Part shown: one piece after another, positions 18,598-24,766 of the stretch
Layout: every line of letters starts with the position of its first letter
Numbering within the stretch: the stretch's first letter is position 1
Source: a virus
Taxonomy: Duplodnaviria; Caudoviricetes
Virus record (IMG/VR): IMGVR_UViG_3300025890_000097
Location: 1 to 29,388 of that record
Reading direction: 5' to 3' (one strand)
DNA: 29,388 nt
Made by a program: the position numbers and the translations under genes
The notes under the pieces: generated by a model
Told to the model about the DNA's origin: nothing
The model's database searches: none
The model's input: the letters and a program-made list of their open reading frames with translations, nothing else

Positions 18598-19590
18598 CTA
18601 AAATAAAACATCTTGGTGAGCGATTGCCCACTTAGTGAATGCCTCATGTGATGCAAGGTCGGGATTCTTACGACTAGCATACGAGACACATAGGACTGAG
18701 AACTCGGGTGACATACGCTCTGCATACTTGACGATGTTACCAAAGTTTTCGGTGGTTGCTCTGTCACCCAACGCACCAGTAAGTGCATAGCAAGTAGCAG
18801 GATCATCGGGTACAGCCACACTCATTGGTGATTGTATGATTGTGTCGGGGTTAGGTAGCTTACGTTCAATCTTTAGAAAGCCACTAAACTCTGCGGCACA
18901 CCCTTCACCAACAGCACCCTTGAATGTTTCGTACTCAGCCTCGGGTGGTACGATACCAATCATATCAGCAACACCTTCAACCCAACTACGAGGCGATGGG
19001 TTCACATCTCTCTGTGGGTCAAAGTCATGCAGTAGTGCAGTACGGAATCGAATGAATGATATGACAACAGGTTTCACTCCGTGGTCAATCGCCCATGATG
19101 TCCAGTCATCAAGGTGTGTCTCAAGTTCATACACAGTCTCACGATTACGCAAGTGAGATAGTACTCTGTTAGCACCTGCTCTGTCTGATTGCTTGTTACC
19201 AGTAGAGACAACCATCCAACCTTTCTTCATAGGTTTACCATGAAGATTCCTTGCTTGGCAGATGTTAGCTAGTACCTTCTGCAAGTCAGCACCTGCTTGG
19301 TTTCTGTCGTCAAAGCAGAGTATACCTTCATCGGGTATGTCTGTTCTGCCCTCGTATGGAAACCAATCGGGCAACTTGTAGTGTAGCATCTCGTCACCAT
19401 TCGGATAGAGAATACCAAAGTCCTCAACCAACATGGTTGGCATATGCTTTTCGATATACCCAACACCAAGTTCCTTGGCAACTTCTTGCACGATGGTTGT
19501 CTTACCTCCACCCGGGCTACCTTCGATAGCTATCGTTCTCTTCTTTGGGAACAATCTCTTGATTGTTTCTTTCAATAATGTTGCTCGCAT
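18598..19590 (-). CDS. MoxR/CbbQ-like AAA+ ATPase
   Basis: Walker A GSPGGGKT, Walker B ILCFDD, sensor TGN..DRAG, LRNR, PSPRSW. Confidence 0.9.
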   Translation of the reverse strand: MRATLLKETIKRLFPKKRTIAIEGSPGGGKTTIVQEVAKELGVGYIEKHMPTMLVEDFGILYPNGDEMLHYKLPDWFPYEGRTDIPDEGILCFDDRNQAGADLQKVLANICQARNLHGKPMKKGWMVVSTGNKQSDRAGANRVLSHLRNRETVYELETHLDDWTSWAIDHGVKPVVISFIRFRTALLHDFDPQRDVNPSPRSWVEGVADMIGIVPPEAEYETFKGAVGEGCAAEFSGFLKIERKLPNPDTIIQSPMSVAVPDDPATCYALTGALGDRATTENFGNIVKYAERMSPEFSVLCVSYASRKNPDLASHEAFTKWAIAHQDVLF

Positions 19591-19781
19591 TACGCACCTT
19601 CCTTTCTATTATGGTTATATTTGCGATGGTCTAAGCCATAGGATACAACTTGTTTGTTGACCCTCTTACCTTTAGCGACTTGCTTGTCTGAGTAGTAGAT
19701 GATGTCGCCATTCTCATCTCTTACTGGTACTCCACCTTGATGCTCTCGTAGCATGAAGAGTTTCAACATACTTTTAGTCAT
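19590..19781 (-). CDS. Small hypothetical protein
   Basis: GGAG RBS; TAATG coupling to the ATPase. Confidence 0.7.
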   Translation of the reverse strand: MTKSMLKLFMLREHQGGVPVRDENGDIIYYSDKQVAKGKRVNKQVVSYGLDHRKYNHNRKEGA

Positions 19782-19983
19782 GGTTAGTTTCTCCTTCCCA
19801 TAGTTGATTGATGGTTAGACATGAGTTGGTTTCAGTCCAAAGACTTTCATCCCAAGTCTCACATCCAAGCATCAGATTGATAAACAAAAAGGCAATGAGG
19901 AAACCAACACCTACCGTAACAGCAAGTGCTAGTGTCCATTCGATTACCTTTCGTTTAGTTACAGGGTGTCCATATATAATCAT
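19774..19983 (-). CDS. Small membrane protein
   Basis: Start MIIYGHPV coupled by TAATG to the upstream mini-ORF; one TM segment followed by GC..W..C. Confidence 0.7.
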   Translation of the reverse strand: MIIYGHPVTKRKVIEWTLALAVTVGVGFLIAFLFINLMLGCETWDESLWTETNSCLTINQLWEGETNHD

Positions 19984-20075
19984 TAGAACAACCCCCATCC
20001 AAAATAGATGTCTAGTATAGCGACAGTAGCAGATGCTACCGACCCCCATATAATCCACCATGTTGTATCATTCAT
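19983..20075 (-). CDS. 30-aa hydrophobic mini-protein (not in the ORF track)
   Basis: MNDTTWWIIWGSVASATVAILDIYFGWGLF*; AAGGAGG RBS; coupled at both ends. Confidence 0.65.
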   Translation of the reverse strand: MNDTTWWIIWGSVASATVAILDIYFGWGLF

Positions 20076-20283
20076 ATAAGCCTCCTTTGTTATTGATACC
20101 TTTTAGTTCTTGCTTGTTGGATATCACAACGTAGTTAGACTTGTGCATTGGTACGACTGTAAACTTACGCTTACCTGCCGATACCTCCCCACATTTCAAA
20201 CAAGTTGGATAACCTAAATTGAAACGAGCAGGACTAACCTGCTCATCACAATCTGTTGTCATACAATCGTTACTTAACGACAT
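20068..20283 (-). CDS. C4 zinc-finger protein, DksA/TraR-finger-like
   Basis: CMTTDCDEQVSPARFNLGYPTCLKCG; ATG 20283 with GGAGG. Confidence 0.65.
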   Translation of the reverse strand: MSLSNDCMTTDCDEQVSPARFNLGYPTCLKCGEVSAGKRKFTVVPMHKSNYVVISNKQELKGINNKGGLYE

Positions 20284-20428
20284 ACTCAAACCTCCATCTG
20301 TTACATCTCTCTCTATGCCAACTGTAAGGCATGAAGTAATCATCTTCTGATATGTCCATAACCAAGTAACCATTGGTAAAGTAACCATAGTAACCCGACT
20401 GAGTACGACTCTTGTAAACCTTCTGCAT
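20270..20428 (-). CDS. Small aromatic-rich hypothetical protein (52 aa, not in the ORF track)
   Basis: MQKVYKSRTQSGYYGYFTNGYLVMDISEDDYFMPYSWHRERCNRWRFEYVVK*; GGAGGT RBS. Confidence 0.7.
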   Translation of the reverse strand: MQKVYKSRTQSGYYGYFTNGYLVMDISEDDYFMPYSWHRERCNRWRFEYVVK

Positions 20429-20442
20429 ACTATACCTCCATA

Positions 20443-20476
20443 GAAAACAGAGGACATGGTGTTACCCATGCCCTCT
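20443..20476 (-). terminator. Hairpin with short U-tract (weak terminator or processing site)
   Basis: AGAGGGCATGG GTAACA CCATGTCCTCT GTTTTC: 11-bp stem with one G-U pair. Confidence 0.55.
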
Positions 20477-20488
20477 AGTGATTGCTGA

Positions 20489-20797
20489 TTAGGAAAGGAC
20501 TTCAATGTCGCTCTTCCTTGATGGTGCTGATGTTAAGTCTCTCTTCTCAAGCATAGCTAAGTAAGGCTTACCACCGAACCTAAGACTTGCTAACAGTACA
20601 GGTTGCTCTGCCTTGTTAGCATCAGGTACAAACAAGTTCATCTCATACTTCAACTTATCTGCATGTTTCTTCATAACTGCAAACAAGTCTGATACGTTCT
20701 CTTTGTTGAACTTACCATCTGCATTTGGTCTTAGGTTTATCTTCTTAGTCTTGTGGTTAGCAAAGACTTCTACGTTACCTTCATATAGTTTACCCAT
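20489..20797 (-). CDS. Early hypothetical protein, paralog of 21862-22200
   Basis: AAGGAG RBS; shares M.KL..GNV, G.FN.EN, KLK and PVLLA..FG.KP.L.ML with 21862-22200. Confidence 0.8.
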   Translation of the reverse strand: MGKLYEGNVEVFANHKTKKINLRPNADGKFNKENVSDLFAVMKKHADKLKYEMNLFVPDANKAEQPVLLASLRFGGKPYLAMLEKRDLTSAPSRKSDIEVLS

Positions 20798-20856
20798 GAT
20801 ATATCTCCTTTGTTAAGATCATTGATATACCGACATTCAGAAAGGAATTTTCTGCC

Positions 20857-20898
20857 TGCCGATTTTTTAAATTTACCCTATCGGTTTTGATTTGTAAA
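20857..20898 (-). promoter_or_regulatory. Sigma70-type early promoter
   Basis: TTTACA-N17-TAAATT-N6-ATCGGCA. Confidence 0.65.
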
Positions 20899-20899
20899 G

Positions 20900-21360
20900 T
20901 TTTGGTGTCTTTACAAGATAAACGCAGGTTTAAACAAGTATCTATAAACATACCGGTTTATACATGTATAGTTACAGGTTATATACAGGTTATATATATT
21001 AAAAAACGTAGGGATAACAGCAGGTTACAACTTAGTATATAAACTATCTAGGTAGAATTAAGTAATACGTTGCTACTCTCGCTATCGTTATATCGTTGGT
21101 AATATCTTGCAGACAAAGGATGTATGTTAATTTAATAGATATTCTAGATAGTATAGATAGTTATTTGACTGCTATATGGTTAAACTCCAAGTAAATCAAC
21201 GTTATATGGACTACATCATGTAAACTTTAGGTATCTAAAACACAACATGTTGTGTCAAGTTAGTAACTAGATAGTTAGATAGTTGTAACTTTACATTAAA
21301 CCATGACCTTATCTCCGTTTGTAAGCGTGCTATAACCCCCCGAACTATGGGATTTATATA
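20900..21360. other. AT-rich non-coding region with short repeats and palindromes (candidate origin/regulatory region)
   Basis: TACAGGTTATA x2 (20973-20994), multiple TAGATA(G), palindromes TATACATGTATA (20959-20970) and ACACAACATGTTGTGT (21240-21255). Confidence 0.45.
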
Positions 21361-21361
21361 T

Positions 21362-21414
21362 AAAAAATAAAAAGAAATAAAAAAAAGAATAAAAAAGAAA
21401 GGGGCCGAAGCCCC
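21362..21414 (-). terminator. Rho-independent terminator
   Basis: GGGGC TTCG GCCCC followed by about 39 nt of T-rich sequence, 5 nt after a stop codon. Confidence 0.85.
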
Positions 21415-21419
21415 AATCT

Positions 21420-21605
21420 CTATTTGATATGTTCGATTACCCATAAGTTGGCTGATACTTTCTTGAATTTACCCATGCAGATCTTGTCAAGGTTGTCTTC
21501 GTCTGCATCTTTGAGCACATGCAACATGGTTTTAGTACCATCTATCATCCACTTGTATGTATCGTTCTCGATTATTACAGTATCGTTGTTGTATTTTAAC
21601 TTCAT
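21420..21605 (-). CDS. Small early hypothetical protein
   Basis: Start MKLKYNND with GGAG-N6-ATG. Confidence 0.75.
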   Translation of the reverse strand: MKLKYNNDTVIIENDTYKWMIDGTKTMLHVLKDADEDNLDKICMGKFKKVSANLWVIEHIK

Positions 21606-21611
21606 AGTATT

Positions 21612-21651
21612 CTCCGTTAGTTGTGAGGGAGCCGAAGCTCCCTCGGTTGAT
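21612..21651 (-). repeat. Intergenic hairpin element, copy B
   Basis: ATCAACC-GAGGGAGC-TTCG-GCTCCCTC-ACAAC-TAAC-GGAG. Confidence 0.85.
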
Positions 21652-21810
21652 CTAATTGGCCTGATGTATTTCAATCTGACCAGCGTTGCAGACGTTCTTG
21701 TCTATCAACTGTCTCCAAGCCCAATTCTCTGCCTGCGCTAGAGAAAAGAACCATCTGAAATAGAATGAATTATCTTCAATCCAAATCAACTTCACTGTGC
21801 GTCTTTCCAT
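21652..21810 (-). CDS. Small early hypothetical protein
   Basis: Start MERRTVKL with GGAG-N6-ATG. Confidence 0.7.
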   Translation of the reverse strand: MERRTVKLIWIEDNSFYFRWFFSLAQAENWAWRQLIDKNVCNAGQIEIHQAN

Positions 21811-21816
21811 GTCACA

Positions 21817-21860
21817 CTCCATTGTTGTGAGTGGGGGCCGAAGCCCCACACTCGGTTGAT
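21817..21860 (-). repeat. Intergenic hairpin element, copy A
   Basis: ATCAACC-GAGTGTGGGGC-TTCG-GCCCCCACTC-ACAAC-AAT-GGAG. Confidence 0.85.
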
Positions 21861-21861
21861 G

Positions 21862-22200
21862 TTAAGCAAGCTTTCTAGTCTTGCTTGTTGGTGACTTTGG
21901 CTTGCTGCCCATTGGCGGAAGCATAGTCAACTTTGGCTTGCCAAACTTGTCAGCCAGTAAGACTGGTTCCAAGCCCTTCTTCTGCCCGACTGGGAAGTAG
22001 AAGCTCCAAGTATTGAGTGGAAGCTTAAGCTTCTTGCTCAACTCGTTAGCCTTAGCTAATAACTCAACACAATTCTCTGAGTTAAAAGCGCCCTCGACAT
22101 CCTTTTTAAGGCGGATGTCTTCGATCATTGCTTCTGGATCATCAGGATTAGTCCTGAAACCATTTACAATAGATACATTACCTCTAAAGAGTTTACTCAT
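21862..22200 (-). CDS. First early gene, hypothetical, paralog of 20489-20797
   Basis: GGAGGTG RBS; motif identity with 20489-20797. Confidence 0.8.
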   Translation of the reverse strand: MSKLFRGNVSIVNGFRTNPDDPEAMIEDIRLKKDVEGAFNSENCVELLAKANELSKKLKLPLNTWSFYFPVGQKKGLEPVLLADKFGKPKLTMLPPMGSKPKSPTSKTRKLA

Positions 22201-22259
22201 GTAAACACCTCCGTAAATGTGTGCATGGCTAGTACACGGGTTATGCCAATCAGCTTGTT

Positions 22260-22301
22260 TGCCGATGATTAAATTAAAGCATAACTATACACGTTTGTCA
22301 A
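22260..22301 (-). promoter_or_regulatory. Sigma70-type early promoter
   Basis: TTGACA-N17-TTTAAT with TGn extension, then N6-ATCGGCA. Confidence 0.7.
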
Positions 22302-22465
22302 GTATGAGGCTCAGTAAGGGTTTCAGAGGCTCTATAATCATAGCCTACAGACAACATACAAAAAGGCGAAAGGGGGGGCACATGGACTGCGTGCCGACAC
22401 CACCCCCCCATATAAGTAAACCTCACATAACAAGAGCCAAAAAACCAACGTGTAAAGTTTACTGC

Positions 22466-22493
22466 TTGACAGACTTTTTGTTTCCGGTATGAT
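22466..22493 (+). promoter_or_regulatory. Sigma70-type promoter for the packaging genes
   Basis: TTGACA-N16-TATGAT, with the ATG at 22500 six nt later. Confidence 0.65.
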
Positions 22494-22499
22494 TACTTC

Positions 22500-22976
22500 A
22501 TGGATACGTTACCGCTAAAACATACTAAGTGGTCAGACCGTTTAGCTTTTGATGTTGCTCTTATGTTAGAGGGCAGCGGCGAGTCTTTGGATGAAGTCAT
22601 TGAACGACATGCAATCAAAGCTGAGGATATAATCACTTACAATAAAGATCAGGTTTTTTTAAAGAAGGTTGAATCTTACCGCACGGATATTCGTGATAAG
22701 GGAATGACGTTCAAGGTTAAAGCGCGTGCTCAGGCAGAAGAACTCCTGACAACGTCTTGGACTTTGATACACAGTCCTGATGTATCAGCTGCAGTAAAAG
22801 CCGATCTAATTAAATCAACCGTTAAGTGGGGCGGGCTAGAACCTAAGAATGATGTTCTGGCAGAAGGAGGATCAGGTGGAGTTAAAATTACAATTAACCT
22901 CGGAGACCAACAGCACGGAGCAACTATCATTGACGCAGAACCCGATGACGCACAAACTGTCCTCGGCGCTTCTTGA
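22500..22976 (+). CDS. Probable terminase small subunit
   Basis: First gene of the late arm, upstream of terL; helical core and C-terminal GVKITINLG strand. Confidence 0.55.
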   Translation: MDTLPLKHTKWSDRLAFDVALMLEGSGESLDEVIERHAIKAEDIITYNKDQVFLKKVESYRTDIRDKGMTFKVKARAQAEELLTTSWTLIHSPDVSAAVKADLIKSTVKWGGLEPKNDVLAEGGSGGVKITINLGDQQHGATIIDAEPDDAQTVLGAS

Positions 22977-23265
22977 TAAGTTCGACACGGTCTACGAAGG
23001 TACGAAAGCTTGTAAGCTGACTGACATAGCAGAGCATGATGCTTTGACAGCAGAACTAACTAGGTTAGAAGTAACATACAAAACAAAAATTTTAAGAAAA
23101 CCATCCACAGTGTACTATGTATTACTTGTGGATAACTTGTGGATAGATCATGGAAACTGTGATAGATGCGGGGACAAACTTGTGGACATCTCTTGGTGCA
23201 AACATTGTGGAGACATGGGTTGGTTTGATGAATCATTTACAAACAGACAAGGGTCTTGGGGTTAA
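22945..23265 (+). CDS. Hypothetical protein with C-terminal Zn ribbon
   Basis: CDRCG..WCKHCG; abuts the terL start; start codon uncertain. Confidence 0.6.
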   Translation: MTHKLSSALLDKFDTVYEGTKACKLTDIAEHDALTAELTRLEVTYKTKILRKPSTVYYVLLVDNLWIDHGNCDRCGDKLVDISWCKHCGDMGWFDESFTNRQGSWG

Positions 23266-24645
23266 ATGGATATAGACTATACGCCTAGTAAAGTATGTAG
23301 GGAGTTTATGCAATCAGACGCAAAGATGCGTGTGCTTATGGGGCCAGTTGGTTCGGGTAAGTCAGTCGCAAGTTGCTTTGAGGTTATCAGACGGGCATCA
23401 ACTCAGAAACATAATAAGCAAGGGATTCGTAAATCACGAGTAGCGATTGTTCGTGAGACTGCAAGACAGTTACAAGATACTACTATTAAAACTTTTCACG
23501 ATTGGTTTCCGCCCGGGATATGCGGAGACTACATGCGTACTACCAAAACATTTTTCTTCAAGGTTGGAGATGTAGAGTGTGAGATTATGTTTCGTGCTCT
23601 TGATGACTCTGACGATGTAGCAAACTTGAACTCATTAGAATTAACGTTTGCATGGTTCAACGAGTGCAGGGATATCAACCCTGACATTGTTGACGCGATG
23701 TCAAAACGTATTGGCCGTTTCCCATCAGCTAAAGATGGTGGCCCGTCATGGTTTGGGATGTGGGGGGATACAAATCCTCCGACTATGGATACTTGGTGGT
23801 ATTATCAGATGGAAGGTTTAGATTCTAAAGATGGAGTCAGCCCGAATGATAATGGGTGGGATGTATTCAAACAACCTTCGGGTAGAAGCTCCTTGGCAGA
23901 AAATGTTGAAAATCTGCCCGAAGGCTATTATGATGTACAGGGTAGGTCAGAAGAATACACTCGCGTATATATAGACGGAGAGTATGGACTAAGTTCTGCA
24001 GGTCAGCCTGTATATAAATACTTTAGACCAGACTATCACATGGGTAGTCAGAGGTTACGTCCTATTATAAATGGGGTACGGCCTATTGTCGTAGGTATAG
24101 ATTTAGGCTTGACACCAGCGGCAGTAATAGGGCAACAAGATCCTCGCGGGCGAGTCTTGATACTTGCAGAAGCTGTGTCATTCGACATGGGCATTCAACG
24201 ATTCGTCCGCACCATTCTGCGCCCGATGTTGACCGAGAGGTTCTCGGGCGCACCAATTTTAATTATTACCGATCCAGCAGGAGTGCAGAGAGCACAAACT
24301 GACGAGAGGTCTGCCGTGGATATTATCAAGGCTGAAGGTTTTAGAGTTCTCCCCGCTAAGACCAACACCATATCTGCGAGACTATCTGCGGTAGACGACT
24401 TCCTTATGAGGCAAGTCGATGGGGATTCAGCTTTTGTGCTTGACCCTAGTTGCACGCAGTTGAAAGCAGCAATGATGGGAGGGTATAGATTCCACCATAA
24501 GAACGGTAATATACACAAGAATAAACATTCTCATGTAGCGGAAGCGTTGCAGTATCTTATGCTGCATGTTGGTTCTGCTGGTGAGGGTGGATACATTATT
24601 CAGAAGCGAGAAATAAAAAGGGTTGCGGCAGGAGGATGGACTTGA
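23266..24645 (+). CDS. terL: Terminase large subunit
   Basis: Walker A GPVGSGKS, Walker B AWFNE, coupling motif DTNP, nuclease GIDLG, DPAG and SHVAEALQY. Confidence 0.92.
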   Translation: MDIDYTPSKVCREFMQSDAKMRVLMGPVGSGKSVASCFEVIRRASTQKHNKQGIRKSRVAIVRETARQLQDTTIKTFHDWFPPGICGDYMRTTKTFFFKVGDVECEIMFRALDDSDDVANLNSLELTFAWFNECRDINPDIVDAMSKRIGRFPSAKDGGPSWFGMWGDTNPPTMDTWWYYQMEGLDSKDGVSPNDNGWDVFKQPSGRSSLAENVENLPEGYYDVQGRSEEYTRVYIDGEYGLSSAGQPVYKYFRPDYHMGSQRLRPIINGVRPIVVGIDLGLTPAAVIGQQDPRGRVLILAEAVSFDMGIQRFVRTILRPMLTERFSGAPILIITDPAGVQRAQTDERSAVDIIKAEGFRVLPAKTNTISARLSAVDDFLMRQVDGDSAFVLDPSCTQLKAAMMGGYRFHHKNGNIHKNKHSHVAEALQYLMLHVGSAGEGGYIIQKREIKRVAAGGWT

Positions 24646-24724
24646 TACACTACCTTCGTAGTTACCTTCCAACTATGTTACCTTTGTACCCACCTGTCTT
24701 CCTTTCGGCAGGTGGGTTTTTCTT
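24646..24724 (+). ncRNA. Candidate 3'-UTR small RNA with anti-SD-like repeats
   Basis: CTACCTTC, TAGTTACCTTCC and TGTTACCTTT in tandem, followed by a terminator. Confidence 0.35.
24688..24724 (+). terminator. Rho-independent terminator
   Basis: ACCCACCTGTC..GGCAGGTGGGT followed by TTTTCTT. Confidence 0.8.
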
Positions 24725-24737
24725 GCAATTAAAAAAC

Positions 24738-24766
24738 TTGCATATATACTTGTTCCCATGTATATT
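24738..24766 (+). promoter_or_regulatory. Sigma70-type promoter for the head genes
   Basis: TTGCAT-N17-TATATT just after the terminator. Confidence 0.55.

Noticed and set aside
20366-20395. Three GTAACC repeats
   Set aside because: Explained by Gly-Tyr codons (GGT TAC) of the 20270-20428 ORF, and in the opposite orientation to the start motif.
13720-20505. Long N-terminal extensions in the ORF track (starts 13779, 14129, 16288, 18631, 20061, 20505)
   Set aside because: They overlap upstream genes; downstream ATGs with clear SD or stop-start coupling fit better.
6758-20780. Other GTTACCT occurrences inside genes (e.g. near 6758, 7156, 7657, 12533, 16497, 20774)
   Set aside because: They lie within coding sequence, lack the final C of the motif and are not at gene starts, so they were not counted.
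21009-21020. TAGGGATAACAG matches the first 12 nt of the I-SceI site and a conserved LSU rRNA segment
   Set aside because: The remaining bases diverge and there is no rRNA or homing-endonuclease context; most likely chance.
21235-21444. 69-aa minus-strand ORF with FFFILFFISF
   Set aside because: It translates the terminator hairpin and T-tract and has no RBS.
21401-21860. Hairpin repeats as a CRISPR mini-array or integron attC sites
   Set aside because: Spacers are 160-200-nt genes, the stems differ in sequence, and there are no attC R-box ends, cas genes or integrase.
22217-22492. 91-aa plus-strand ORF
   Set aside because: Spans the divergent promoter region, has no RBS and has atypical composition.
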